Shown here in pieces: positions 30,434 to 40,639 of a DNA stretch of 43,896 nucleotides. The notes beneath the pieces are model-generated. The model was not told the DNA's origin. It saw only the letters and a list, made by a program, of their open reading frames with translations, and made no database searches. Both the position numbers and the translations under genes were made by a program. Origin of the DNA: a virus; the IMG/VR virus record IMGVR_UViG_3300002922_000001, positions 1 to 43,896 of that record, one strand, 5' to 3'. Positions within the stretch are counted from its first letter, which is position 1. Each line of letters begins with the position of its first letter.

Positions 30434-32134
30434 ATGGCAGCAGTAGTACCGGGCGATTGGTCGATTGACGCGACAACCGGAGATATTCGATATATTGGCG
30501 ACGACCACGGCGGAGCAAGTCCAAGTTACGTAGAAGTTATCGAACTTCACCGATGGGCGCAAGACTTAGCCGACGACGAAAGTTGGAGCGGCGACGACGA
30601 AATGGACATTACCATTTTAACTCCGTCCGATCGATCGACAGACAACATTATCACACTGTTGGATCACAGCGCAAGCGGCGGACCAACTTTTAACATCGAC
30701 GCGGCTAGTTCGGAACACCTGTTCGACGGCTCTATCATTCAAAATAGCGGCGACACAATTTACGACGGTATCGTTAACTTCGGTAACGTAGACAAAATTC
30801 AAATCATCCAAGACGGCGCGGTTATCTCTGATGATTGGTGGAATCTTGCAGCGGGCGGCGGCCTTAACTCCGATTCGGGTGCGGGTATCTCACATCGATT
30901 TATGATTCTTGTACGGGACGCGGGCGCGGACATTGACGGACGGCGGCTTGTCGGTACTTCCCGACGTTGGTTGTACACTAGCGCAGAGTTCGGCATTAAC
31001 GGTACTTCACGCGGTAACAACGTATTGGCTCTATCCGAATCTTCGGACTTGAACAACGCCAGTACTGAAGCGGCGGTAGCGGCTTTCACTATCACGAACA
31101 CAAACGAAGGTTACATTGGTCTGGATATATCCGGCGATGGAAGCGACGAGTTCTACTACAGCCAATGGGACTTAGATGTACATGACGCAAACGATCTGTA
31201 CGAGTACGGAAAGTATCTTACTCGCGAAGGTTCATCGGAAACACTGTACGGACTTAACGGTGAATTGTTTCGAGGCATTACACACGAAATCGATATTGAC
31301 ACCAATACCGGAACTTTCGTAGAGCCGGAAGCGGTATCATGGTCGGGCGGTACTGGACAACTCTTAGCGATTGACAGTACTACAGCCGGTACAAAAATGT
31401 GGATTCAGCTTCTTACTGGTACGGCTCCTTCTGACGGAGACACCATTACAGGCGGAACTTCAGCAGCTACGGCGGACGTTAACTTGACAGTAACCGAGCG
31501 CACGGTATCTTATCCGTTCGTTGGTGTGTCTACTGGTAGCTCTATCATCGGCGCGTACGGTATCGGCATGGACGTTACAGATACCACAGCATCGGATCAG
31601 TTTTTTGACTTGACTAATACGCAGGTAGTACCGCCTAACAACGTTACGTTTACCGTATCTGGCGTAGTATCTGGCGAAGACCGAGTACTTGTTGGACCGG
31701 AAGACGGCGCGGGCGGTCTGGACGTAGACCAATTGTCGCTTAGCACTACTCTTAGTGGCGCGGCAGAAACAGCTATTGTAGTTACGGCGGCTATTCCTTC
31801 TGATACTCCGGCTACTGGTACTGTTCGAGTACAACTTGACAGTGGTGTGTATGGTCGTTACGAGTACACTTCGTATACGGGATCGACTTTTACTATCGCG
31901 TCTACTGACTTCACGGGCGATAACGCAACGGCAGCTAACAACGTTTTTATCTCTTATATCGACGTACTAGCTACGGGCAGTACAGAATCTTTTACTACTG
32001 TATTCGATTCGAGTCGTACATTGTTCGTACGAGTTCGAGACGGCGCGGCTTCTCCGATCAAGACGTTCGAAACAACTGGTACGCTTGGCTCTTCGGGCGG
32101 TGGCTCTACAGCTATTCGAACGTCGGACGCATAA
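30434..32134 (+). CDS. Large structural protein, fiber/receptor-binding candidate (566 aa)
   Basis: Acidic, Gly/Thr/Ser-rich beta-type composition. Called from position only. Confidence 0.45.
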   Translation: MAAVVPGDWSIDATTGDIRYIGDDHGGASPSYVEVIELHRWAQDLADDESWSGDDEMDITILTPSDRSTDNIITLLDHSASGGPTFNIDAASSEHLFDGSIIQNSGDTIYDGIVNFGNVDKIQIIQDGAVISDDWWNLAAGGGLNSDSGAGISHRFMILVRDAGADIDGRRLVGTSRRWLYTSAEFGINGTSRGNNVLALSESSDLNNASTEAAVAAFTITNTNEGYIGLDISGDGSDEFYYSQWDLDVHDANDLYEYGKYLTREGSSETLYGLNGELFRGITHEIDIDTNTGTFVEPEAVSWSGGTGQLLAIDSTTAGTKMWIQLLTGTAPSDGDTITGGTSAATADVNLTVTERTVSYPFVGVSTGSSIIGAYGIGMDVTDTTASDQFFDLTNTQVVPPNNVTFTVSGVVSGEDRVLVGPEDGAGGLDVDQLSLSTTLSGAAETAIVVTAAIPSDTPATGTVRVQLDSGVYGRYEYTSYTGSTFTIASTDFTGDNATAANNVFISYIDVLATGSTESFTTVFDSSRTLFVRVRDGAASPIKTFETTGTLGSSGGGSTAIRTSDA

Positions 32135-32213
32135 TATGAAAAGGCACGTAAAAGTAATAATCATCAAAGAAACGGTATAAACTAAACGCCATATTAGGCT
32201 TAAGACCTATTGA

Positions 32214-32231
32214 GCGGGGCGGTCGCGACCG
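32214..32231. other. GC-rich block GCGGGGCGGTCGCGACCG with the 12-bp perfect palindrome CGGTCGCGACCG (candidate cos/packaging site)
   Basis: Read directly in a 290-nt ORF-free gap upstream of the head module. Partial resemblance to the lambda cohesive end GGGCGGCGACCT. Confidence 0.3.
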
Positions 32232-32424
32232 TAACCCGACATACAGTAGTCGTCCTACTGGTATGGCTCCAAGTTTGACTGCTTAAGAAATAAGCTTATA
32301 GGCTACTATTCTCGAACGTTTAGTAGTCTGTAGGCTAATTCTTTGCTATTTGTGGCCGATTCGACAATAACGACGATTAAAGAACACTAGGGCGGTTAAT
32401 TCGCCTTTAAAGACGAGGTAACGT

Positions 32425-32694
32425 ATGTTATCAGCAAAGCAAATTAACCAGCAACTCAGCAAACTAAGAGTTGGAGACGAGCGCGGAGTACATCCGTCTG
32501 TTAAAACATTATTTGAATCTCAAACTACAGAGCTTGGCGGCTTAGAAGCTTTTGGGAAAAATTGGACCATAAACAAAAATAATCCGCGTGAAGTTGTTGC
32601 ACTTGTCGAAGTGGAAGCGAAAGAACAGTCTTCACAAGAAGAAGGAACTACCGAAAGTGACGACCACAACGACGACGAGTTTAAAATCGATTAG
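32425..32694 (+). CDS. Acidic hypothetical protein (89 aa)
   Basis: GAGGTAACGT-ATG SD. Confidence 0.55.
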   Translation: MLSAKQINQQLSKLRVGDERGVHPSVKTLFESQTTELGGLEAFGKNWTINKNNPREVVALVEVEAKEQSSQEEGTTESDDHNDDEFKID

Positions 32695-32947
32695 TATACC
32701 GCTATTCTCAGCAGTAGCAGTAGCGGCGACTGTATTTACTTTCGCCGGTAAAGTTTACAAGAGCATGGACGACGAGCAAGACGACTTGCGTACTCGACTT
32801 ACAATCATGGAAACACAAGTATCTGTAGCGCAACACAGAGTAGACCGAATCGAAAACCGATTAGACAGTCTACAGAATTGGTTAGATTCCAAGTTTACGG
32901 CGCAAGCGGAACAAATACAACAAGCAATAAGAGAAGCCAGTAAATGA
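32657..32947 (+). CDS. Membrane-anchored coiled-coil protein; start uncertain (GTG 32657 or GTG 32588)
   Basis: Poly-Thr, a TM segment IPLFSAVAVAATVFTFAG, then a coiled coil. GTG 32657 has AAGGAA 9 nt upstream and shortens the overlap with the previous gene. Confidence 0.45.
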   Translation: MTTTTTTSLKSISIPLFSAVAVAATVFTFAGKVYKSMDDEQDDLRTRLTIMETQVSVAQHRVDRIENRLDSLQNWLDSKFTAQAEQIQQAIREASK

Positions 32948-33153
32948 TAATACCGTTAACTTACGTTACGCAAGGGTTACTAGTTCCAGCCGGAAGCGGT
33001 AGCGGTGGCGAAGTTAACGTCTATTGCGGCGAGTCTCACACGACAACACAGTACACGACTACTACGGTTAACGCCTTAGAGTCTCACACTGTAGCAACGA
33101 ATTATGCAACCGCTATAGCTAACACGAAGGGCGAAGACCATGCAACTACCTAA
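32944..33153 (+). CDS. Hypothetical protein (69 aa)
   Basis: ATGA overlap start. Confidence 0.5.
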   Translation: MIIPLTYVTQGLLVPAGSGSGGEVNVYCGESHTTTQYTTTTVNALESHTVATNYATAIANTKGEDHATT

Positions 33154-33478
33154 AATTGTGACCGGAGACGACGCTGTTATCAGTGTTACGATCTATACCG
33201 GAGACGAAGTAGAGAGCATACCCGGAACGGCTACCATTATGGCGGCACTAGTGGACGTATGCCACGAAAACAAATTACACACTAACGACGTTGAGCAATT
33301 CAGTACAGCCGATGGCGCAGACTGGACTAACGGCGTAGTGGTTATCGAAATACCAAGTGCGGAGACTTCTACGGTTACACACCAAGGCTCCGCACTAGTA
33401 GAGATACAAATAACCGAAGCTGGAAAAGTTCGTACAAGATTCGCGGAAGTGGATATAGTTACCGGGCTTGTAGCTTAA
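33140..33478 (+). CDS. Hypothetical protein (112 aa), beta-rich
   Basis: ORF immediately upstream of the terminase genes. Confidence 0.55.
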   Translation: MQLPKIVTGDDAVISVTIYTGDEVESIPGTATIMAALVDVCHENKLHTNDVEQFSTADGADWTNGVVVIEIPSAETSTVTHQGSALVEIQITEAGKVRTRFAEVDIVTGLVA

Positions 33479-33496
33479 CAACCGAGGGTACCCCCA

Positions 33497-33988
33497 ATGC
33501 CTAGAGGCGGAGCAAGATACGGAACAGGACCGAAACCTAAGCCAGTAGAATTACACGAACAAGAAGGTACGCGAGTACGTTCTAAGTACGCTGATCCTAA
33601 AGCTATGGCAGTAGTGGACGCGGCCAGCATCGATGTGCCAGACCATTTAAACGAAAACGAAGCCGCTATTTGGCAAGAGTTTGCGCCAAGGTTAAAGGCA
33701 GTAGGATTACTTACCGAGGCTGACATAGTATCTTTCGAAGTACTTGTCTACGCGGTTGTTTCTTGGCGAGAAGCCAAAGACGAACTAGCTGATAGCAACC
33801 TAACCAAAATTACAGCGGCTACCGGCAACACTAAAAAGAATCCATTAGTAGCGATCGAGCTAGAGCGGCGGAAAGCTGTACTTGATATGCTCCGAGAGTT
33901 CGGTATGACACCATCTAGTCGTACCAGAGTTATCGTTACGGAAGCTGGCGAAGCATCTAAAGACGCCTTAGAAGGCTTTTTTGACTAA
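33497..33988 (+). CDS. terS: Terminase small subunit, P27 family
   Basis: N-terminal GGARYGTGPKPKPVELH, LTEADIVSFEVLVYAV and C-terminal REFGMTPSSRTRV are characteristic of P27-type TerS. Confidence 0.85.
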   Translation: MPRGGARYGTGPKPKPVELHEQEGTRVRSKYADPKAMAVVDAASIDVPDHLNENEAAIWQEFAPRLKAVGLLTEADIVSFEVLVYAVVSWREAKDELADSNLTKITAATGNTKKNPLVAIELERRKAVLDMLREFGMTPSSRTRVIVTEAGEASKDALEGFFD

Positions 33989-35664
33989 TGGAAGACCTAA
34001 TACAAGAATATAACGCCCGTAGCGCCGCGTACGAAGATGGAGTACTAGACGGCTCTATTAAAACAAGCGGTTGGATTAAAAAGGCCGTAGAGCGGGCGAG
34101 AAGAGATCACAAGCGAAAAGATTTGTACTTCGACAAAACTGAAGCCGCAAGAGCTTGTATCTTTTTCGAAAAGTTTTTAAAGCATAGTAAAGGCAAGTGG
34201 GCAGGTAAGCCTTTCTTGCTTGAGGGTTGGCAAGTTTGGATACTTACGCAAATCTTCGGTTGGATGAGAACACTAGACGGAAAACGAAAGCACCGACTAG
34301 CCTACGTTACCATCGGTCGAAAGAATGGTAAGTCTACATTCGCGGCGGGCATCGCTTTATACGCGGCTCTCGCAGATCACGAAGCGGGCGCAGAAGTTTA
34401 CATGGCCGCGACTACGCGGGACCAAGCGCGTATCGTATGGAACGAAGCCGCTAACATGGTCGCCAAGTCACCGAACTTGAAGAAGCGAACCAAGACGCTA
34501 CGTAACTCCATAGCGGTAGTAGATAACGGATCGTTTCTAAAACCTGTATCATCCGACGCTAAAACGTTGGACGGATTGAACACACATTGTAGTATTATCG
34601 ATGAGTTGCATGCTCACCCTAATAGGGACTTGTACGACGTTATCAGAACGTCTACGGGCGCGAGAGAGCAACCGTTAATATTCAGTATCACGACGGCGGG
34701 CTATGATCGCTACTCGATATGCTACGAGCAACACGCACGAAGCGAGCAAGTACTAAACGGAAATCACGACGCGGACGAGTTCTTTTGCTTCTTAGCAACT
34801 ATGGACGAAGGAGACGATTGGAGAGACCAAGATAATTGGTACAAGGGTAATCCTAATTTGGGCGTATCCGTGAGTCTTCAAGAGTTGATCGAACAAGGTA
34901 ACGAAGCTATTGCTTCGCCCGGAAGCCAGAATACTTTTTTACGTTTACGTCTTAACGTATGGACGGAGCAATCTGTACGATGGATTGATATGGCGGAGTG
35001 GAAAAAGTGCAACACGTCGAAGATAGATTACGAATCTTTGAAAGGCAAAAAAGCTTGGGCCGGTTTAGACTTGTCCAGTACGCGAGACCTAACGGCTTAC
35101 GTTCTTATCGTAGACACGGACCCTTACACGATTATTCCGCACTTCTTTCTACCGGAAGACACGATAAAGAAACGAAGCGCGGAAGACGGCGTACCGTACG
35201 ACCAATGGGAGAAAGCAGGGCTTGTACATGCTACGCCCGGAAACATAATCGACCAGAAATACGTACTAGACGTTATCTTCAAATCGGCGGAACACTTAGA
35301 CTTGCAAGAAGTTGTGTTCGACCGATACGGCTCTAATCAAATCTCTATTGCAATGCAAGATGAAGGTATCGAAGTTACGCCAATGGGTCAAGGCTTCGTA
35401 TCTATGAACGGACCAAGCAAACAACTAGACGTAATGATAGCCAACAGAAAATTTAATCACGGCGGACACCAAGCCTTAGCTTGGCAAATTGGTAACGCGG
35501 TTGTAAAGACCGATCCAGCCGGTAACATCAAACCAGACAAGGAGAAAGCAACCGAAAAAATCGACGGCGTTGTAGCGTTAGTAATGGCTATCGAAGGGAT
35601 ACCAAAACCAGACGAGAACGGCACCGTATACGATTCTGAAGAATTGCTTTTTATACCAAGTTGA
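33988..35664 (+). CDS. terL: Terminase large subunit
   Basis: Walker A VTIGRKNGKST, 558 aa, located between TerS and the portal. Confidence 0.9.
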   Translation: MEDLIQEYNARSAAYEDGVLDGSIKTSGWIKKAVERARRDHKRKDLYFDKTEAARACIFFEKFLKHSKGKWAGKPFLLEGWQVWILTQIFGWMRTLDGKRKHRLAYVTIGRKNGKSTFAAGIALYAALADHEAGAEVYMAATTRDQARIVWNEAANMVAKSPNLKKRTKTLRNSIAVVDNGSFLKPVSSDAKTLDGLNTHCSIIDELHAHPNRDLYDVIRTSTGAREQPLIFSITTAGYDRYSICYEQHARSEQVLNGNHDADEFFCFLATMDEGDDWRDQDNWYKGNPNLGVSVSLQELIEQGNEAIASPGSQNTFLRLRLNVWTEQSVRWIDMAEWKKCNTSKIDYESLKGKKAWAGLDLSSTRDLTAYVLIVDTDPYTIIPHFFLPEDTIKKRSAEDGVPYDQWEKAGLVHATPGNIIDQKYVLDVIFKSAEHLDLQEVVFDRYGSNQISIAMQDEGIEVTPMGQGFVSMNGPSKQLDVMIANRKFNHGGHQALAWQIGNAVVKTDPAGNIKPDKEKATEKIDGVVALVMAIEGIPKPDENGTVYDSEELLFIPS

Positions 35665-36872
35665 AATTATTTAATCGAAACAAAAAGAAAGACCCTAAGA
35701 ATTTAACTTGGCGCGACGTGTTGGCTTTTTCAGCTATCGGAAATCTTTTCGGTATCGATGAGAGCCGACACCTTAGCTCTTCGGCGGTGTACGCTTGTGT
35801 AAAAGTTATTTCCGAGGGGATTGCACAGATACCAATGTTTGTGTATCACAAGAACGACAAAGTACGCGAAGTAGCGGTAGACCATAAGTCGCATTGGATG
35901 TTACACCACAAGCCGAGCGATATACAAACGCCTTACGAGTTGAAAGAGTGGATTATGCTTAACCTTCTCTTGAACGGTAACGCTTACTTGTACAAGGTAA
36001 TGGTAAACGGCCAAGTAGCAGAACTACAGCCGCTAGACTTTTCAGCCGTTCGTGTAGAAGCTCCTTTAAACCTAAAGAAGCCGAACTACTACGTACGACA
36101 AAAAGACGGCTCCGAGCGCAAGGTACACACTAGTCGAATGTGGCACATTAAGGGCCAAAGCTTCGACAACGTAACCGGTGTATCTCCGCTCTCTTACCAT
36201 CGCGAGACGGTAGGGCTTGATGTAATCGCTAAGGAACACGCGGCCACAACGTTTAGCAACGCGGCCAAGCCAGCGGGAATAATCAAACATCCGGGCAACT
36301 TCAAAGACCCGGAAGCGCGTAGAAAGTTCGGAGAAGCTTTTAAAGAAGCCGTAACTGGAAAGAACGCATACGGAACAATCGTATTAGAAGATGGTATGGA
36401 GTACCAGCCGATTAGTATCAGCGCGAAAGATTCGCAATACATTGAAGGGCGGTCTTTTGGCCGCACCGAAATAGCTGCTATCTTTGGCGTACCACCACAC
36501 TTGGTAGGAGACCTTACTAATGCTAACTATTCGAACATTGTAGAAGAGTCTCTACGCTATGTAGTTAAGACTCTTGGACCTTGGATTAGTCGAATAGAAC
36601 AATCGGCTACTTTATCTCTTCTTACTGAAGACGAAATAAAGAAAGGCTACTACGTAAAATTTAAGGTAGACGCTCTTCTACGTGGCGATATGGATACACG
36701 TTCTAAGGTTTACGCTACGTACATTCAAAACGGCGTAATGAATCCTAACGAAGTCCGCGCATTGGAAGAAATGAACCCGAGAGACGGTGGCGACGAATAC
36801 CTTGCACTAGCTAACCTAATGGATAACGAAGAACCAAAGAGCAATGAAGAATCTAACAAAGACGATGAGTAA
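35661..36872 (+). CDS. Portal protein, HK97 family (TTG start overlapping the TerL stop)
   Basis: 403 aa. Its position, size and sequence character are typical of HK97-type portals. Confidence 0.85.
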   Translation: MKLFNRNKKKDPKNLTWRDVLAFSAIGNLFGIDESRHLSSSAVYACVKVISEGIAQIPMFVYHKNDKVREVAVDHKSHWMLHHKPSDIQTPYELKEWIMLNLLLNGNAYLYKVMVNGQVAELQPLDFSAVRVEAPLNLKKPNYYVRQKDGSERKVHTSRMWHIKGQSFDNVTGVSPLSYHRETVGLDVIAKEHAATTFSNAAKPAGIIKHPGNFKDPEARRKFGEAFKEAVTGKNAYGTIVLEDGMEYQPISISAKDSQYIEGRSFGRTEIAAIFGVPPHLVGDLTNANYSNIVEESLRYVVKTLGPWISRIEQSATLSLLTEDEIKKGYYVKFKVDALLRGDMDTRSKVYATYIQNGVMNPNEVRALEEMNPRDGGDEYLALANLMDNEEPKSNEESNKDDE

Positions 36873-37629
36873 ACGCGACTGGTATAACTTTACTGAAGCG
36901 AACAACCGCACAGAGATTTTAATCTATGATGAAATTTCTTACTACGGCATATCGGCGCAACAGTTTGTATCTGAACTAAACGAGTTAGACGTAGACGAAA
37001 TTACGTTACGTATTAACTCTCCCGGTGGAAGCGTATTCCAAGGTATCGCTATCTTCAACGCGATCAAAGCACACAAAGCCAAGGTAACCGTACACGTAGA
37101 CGGCTTGGCCGCTAGTATCGCGAGCATTATCGCGTTAGCTGGCGACGAAGTACACATAGCGGAGAACGCTTACTTTATGATTCACCAGCCGTGGACCGTA
37201 ACGCTTGGCACAGCCGATGACTTGCGCGACGAAGCTAACTTACTGGACAAGCTAGAAGGTACGCTAGTAGATATTTACTCTAAGCGTATGGACAAGAGCG
37301 CGAACGAAATACGCGACTTGTTGAAAGCTGAAACTTGGATGGACGGCAAAGAAGCCAAAGAAGCCGGTCTAGCTACACACGTTACGGAAGACCAAGCAGA
37401 AGTCGAAGCTAAGCACGACTTAACACAATTTGATAACGCACCTAGCGAGATCAATGCGGGGAAAACTCCGCCGAAAGATAAACGAGAATTTGAGCGAAGC
37501 CTAAGAGAGTTAGGTTTTAGCCGATCCGCGTCCGTAGAGATTGCATCAAAAACATTTGACGACGCGGCAACTCAGAGCGATTCTGAGAAAGATGTAAACC
37601 AATACGCCAAAGACCTGTTTGGCATTTAA
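36844..37629 (+). CDS. Prohead serine protease, ClpP-like (S14)
   Basis: INSPGGSV, GLAASIASII and FMIHQPW match ClpP catalytic-region motifs. Alternative start ATG 36865. Confidence 0.85.
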   Translation: MKNLTKTMSKRDWYNFTEANNRTEILIYDEISYYGISAQQFVSELNELDVDEITLRINSPGGSVFQGIAIFNAIKAHKAKVTVHVDGLAASIASIIALAGDEVHIAENAYFMIHQPWTVTLGTADDLRDEANLLDKLEGTLVDIYSKRMDKSANEIRDLLKAETWMDGKEAKEAGLATHVTEDQAEVEAKHDLTQFDNAPSEINAGKTPPKDKREFERSLRELGFSRSASVEIASKTFDDAATQSDSEKDVNQYAKDLFGI

Positions 37630-37656
37630 ACTAACTTTTAATCCAAAGGTAAAACA

Positions 37657-38853
37657 ATGGACGATATTAAAGCAACGCTTGATAAAATTGCTTCGCTCAA
37701 CGAAGAGCATAAAGCGGCAGTTGATAAGCACAGCGACGAAATTGCTCAGCTTGGTGAAGCCAAGTCCGAGACAGTAGAGAAGCTGGAAAAAATTAACGCA
37801 GCTATTGACGCTACTACCGATCGTATGGACGAGCTTGAGAAAGCCGCTAACCGTATGACCGAAACCGATTCAGCCGATCAAGCTAACAAAGAATACGCAG
37901 ACAACTTCATGGCCCACGTTCGCAATCCGCGCAACGCTGAAATCCAGAACAGTCTCGAAAAAACTACTGACGGCCAAGGCGGTCTTTTGGTACCTGAAGA
38001 TTGGGCGAAGTCCATTCATATGTACATGGAAGAGCTTTCACCTATGCGCCAAGTCGCGAGTGTTCAGAAAGCTTCTACGCCTGAAATTCGTATTCCTGTT
38101 TCTCAGGGCGAAGCCGGTGCTGAGTGGCGCGGAGAAGTCTATACGGCTTCTGAAACTGGTACTCCTACTGTGATCGAAGTCGCACCTACTTTCGGTGAGT
38201 TGATTGCGGAGCCGCACGTTACACAACAGCTTCTCGAAGATGCTGGTTACGACGTACTTGGTTGGTTGAACGCTAAGCTTGCAGAGAAGTTTGCTCTTAC
38301 TGAGTCCGACGCTTTCATTCAAGGCGACGGAACTAACAAGCCTACCGGCATGTTGAACAGTGTAGACGCTAATGTTGACGGTGTTCGCGCACAAGGCACA
38401 CTCCAGTATTTCGATACTGGCGTAGACGCTGGTTTTGCTGCTACCGATCCGGGCGATAGTCTTATCGATCTGGTTTACAGCATCAAGTCGCACTACCGAC
38501 CTAACGCGAAGTTCTTGATGAATCGCGCAACTCTCGCAGAAGTTCGAAAGATGAAAGACGGCCAAGGTAACTACCTGTGGCAACCTTCTTTCAAAGCTGG
38601 CGAGCCTGCTACTGTCGCTGGTTATCCAGTTATCGAAATGCCCGGTATGCCTGATCTGGCTGCCGAGTCTCTTTCGGTGGCTTTCGGTGACTTCAAGAAG
38701 TGTTATCAGATTTGGGATCGAGTTGGCCTGTCTATGCTCGTAGACCCCTACACTGTCCGATCATACGTTAAGTTCGTTACGCGAAAGCGTGTCGGCGGTA
38801 TCGTTGTCGATAGTGAGGCTGTTAAGCTTCTTCGCATGAGCGACGGCGCGTAA
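37657..38853 (+). CDS. Major capsid protein, HK97 fold, with an N-terminal coiled-coil delta domain
   Basis: 398 aa following the protease, with a coiled-coil N-terminal stretch of about 100 aa. A strong terminator lies downstream. Confidence 0.9.
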   Translation: MDDIKATLDKIASLNEEHKAAVDKHSDEIAQLGEAKSETVEKLEKINAAIDATTDRMDELEKAANRMTETDSADQANKEYADNFMAHVRNPRNAEIQNSLEKTTDGQGGLLVPEDWAKSIHMYMEELSPMRQVASVQKASTPEIRIPVSQGEAGAEWRGEVYTASETGTPTVIEVAPTFGELIAEPHVTQQLLEDAGYDVLGWLNAKLAEKFALTESDAFIQGDGTNKPTGMLNSVDANVDGVRAQGTLQYFDTGVDAGFAATDPGDSLIDLVYSIKSHYRPNAKFLMNRATLAEVRKMKDGQGNYLWQPSFKAGEPATVAGYPVIEMPGMPDLAAESLSVAFGDFKKCYQIWDRVGLSMLVDPYTVRSYVKFVTRKRVGGIVVDSEAVKLLRMSDGA

Positions 38854-38892
38854 GTCTTAGTTGGCCTACAAGCATAAAGCTAAATGATGTAG

Positions 38893-38920
38893 AGCCGTCT
38901 TAACGGACGGCTTTACTCTT
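38893..38920 (+). terminator. Rho-independent terminator after the capsid gene (AGCCGUC-UUAACG-GACGGCU + UUACUCUU)
   Basis: Read directly. Confidence 0.7.
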
Positions 38921-38936
38921 CACTTGAGTATATAAA

Positions 38937-39491
38937 ATGGCGTTAAACATACCACAAGCTACGGAGTCTTCCGTAAGTTTATCCGACTTCAAACAATGGA
39001 GTAGGATTACAAAGAATCAAGACGACGTACTAATACGCGGACTTCTTTTAGCCGCGCAGAATCACGCCGAGAATTTTATGAATCGATTAACTGTTAGCCG
39101 TACGGTTACACAGACATTAGATTCTTTCGAATCTTGCTCTTTGGGCTTGGCTCCTTTCAACAGCGTATCAAGCGTAACGTATTTAGACGAAGACGAAGTA
39201 ACGCAAACATTACCCGCTAGTAACTACTATACGTTAGTTACGGGCGAAGCTGGAACCATTTACTTCCAGAACGAATTACCTACGTTATTGGATCGACCAC
39301 AATCGATAACAGTAACGTTTACAGCCGGTACCGACGAAGTGCCGGAAGTAATACAAACGGCTATCAAATTACTAGCCGCGCACCTATACGAGAACCGAGA
39401 AGCTGTAGTAGTACGAGAGGGTATTGTAGCCGTCGAAGTACCGTTTACTATCGAGGCTCTTCTACTTCCCTACAAGAATTGGAATCCATAA
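38937..39491 (+). CDS. Head-tail connector (gp6-like)
   Basis: Position, and the LLLAAQNHAENFMNRL type motif of the Phage_connect_1 family. Confidence 0.65.
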   Translation: MALNIPQATESSVSLSDFKQWSRITKNQDDVLIRGLLLAAQNHAENFMNRLTVSRTVTQTLDSFESCSLGLAPFNSVSSVTYLDEDEVTQTLPASNYYTLVTGEAGTIYFQNELPTLLDRPQSITVTFTAGTDEVPEVIQTAIKLLAAHLYENREAVVVREGIVAVEVPFTIEALLLPYKNWNP

Positions 39492-39492
39492 C

Positions 39493-39831
39493 ATGCAAGC
39501 CGGTAAACTAAGAGACGTTGTAGAAATACAAAAACGAGTACAAGACTCAATAGACGCTACCGGCCACCACGTTACACGTTGGGTTACGTTCTTACAGCCG
39601 TTTTGCGAAGTTAAGTACAATATGGCGGACGAATCCTATCAAGACGGTAGAGAAGTACAAGTACGAGAGATACGGATTACTCTTCGTTACTGCGACGACA
39701 TAGACCCTTCTATGAGAGTGTTAGACGGTAAAGTATATTACGATATTGTCGGAATAACTCACGACGTAGGACGCAAACAAGTTACCGTACTCTCTTGTAA
39801 GGAGATTACAGAAAGCGATGATAGACTTTAA
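39493..39831 (+). CDS. Head closure / head-tail adaptor protein
   Basis: MQAGKLRDVVEIQKRV N-terminus is typical of the head-tail joining family. Confidence 0.65.
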   Translation: MQAGKLRDVVEIQKRVQDSIDATGHHVTRWVTFLQPFCEVKYNMADESYQDGREVQVREIRITLRYCDDIDPSMRVLDGKVYYDIVGITHDVGRKQVTVLSCKEITESDDRL

Positions 39832-40234
39832 TTCATCTGAACTAAAAAGCATAACGAGAAAACTAAACCAACTTCCAGACAAAGTAGCTAAGAAACATCT
39901 TCGCAAAGGAACAAACGAAGGAGCTAAAGTAATACGCAACGAAGCGAAAATGCTAGCTCCAGTACGTACCGGACAATTGAAAAAGAATATAATAACTTCA
40001 AAGAAAAAAGGAGACACTAGGTTTAGTGTAACTTACGGAATAAGCGGAAGATCGAAAGGCGGTAGAGGCAATAAAAATAATGCTTTCTATTGGCGATTCG
40101 TGGAGTTCGGAACTTCTCGTATGCCCGCACAACCTTTCTTACGGCCAGCTTTCGACGCGAGCAAAGCAAAAGCGGCTAAGGCGGTTGGAGCATACTTTAA
40201 AAAACATATCGTAAACGAGGCTAAGAGAACATGA
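39818..40234 (+). CDS. HK97 gp10-family tail-completion protein
   Basis: LAPVRTGQLKKNI motif. Confidence 0.7.
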   Translation: MIDFNSSELKSITRKLNQLPDKVAKKHLRKGTNEGAKVIRNEAKMLAPVRTGQLKKNIITSKKKGDTRFSVTYGISGRSKGGRGNKNNAFYWRFVEFGTSRMPAQPFLRPAFDASKAKAAKAVGAYFKKHIVNEAKRT

Positions 40235-40599
40235 GCCACGAAATAATCTACTCCGCTCTTAGTAATTACGCGGGACTTACCGCATTAGTTCCAGCCGATC
40301 GAATACGACCGGCAACAGGCGGACACGCACAACAAGGTGAGAAGCCGTACATAATTTATCAGCGCGTAGGGAATACGCCGGAGTGGACTTTAACCGGGGA
40401 CGGTGGTAGAGATAACGACCGTTATCAAATCGATGTATACGGCCTAACGCCTATAGAGGTTAGCAGCATCGAAGTACAAGTACGCTTAGCTATGGAAACA
40501 GCAACTAATTTCCAAATCGGAAGAGTCTTTTCAGGAAACACTTACGAGCCGGAAACAAATCTACATAGAGTACTATTAGATTTTTCAGTGTGGCTATAG
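40231..40599 (+). CDS. Tail terminator-like protein (DUF3168-like)
   Basis: Position between the gp10-like gene and the major tail gene, and its size. Weak sequence impression only. Confidence 0.5.
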   Translation: MSHEIIYSALSNYAGLTALVPADRIRPATGGHAQQGEKPYIIYQRVGNTPEWTLTGDGGRDNDRYQIDVYGLTPIEVSSIEVQVRLAMETATNFQIGRVFSGNTYEPETNLHRVLLDFSVWL

Positions 40600-40639
40600 A
40601 CGCACAAACTTAACTCAACCTATATAGGAAAATAAAACA

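Noticed and set aside
38038-38583. 181-aa minus ORF inside the major capsid gene
   Set aside because: It is wholly antisense to a high-confidence HK97-type capsid gene. It has no SD and an Arg/Ser/Leu-rich composition typical of antisense frames.
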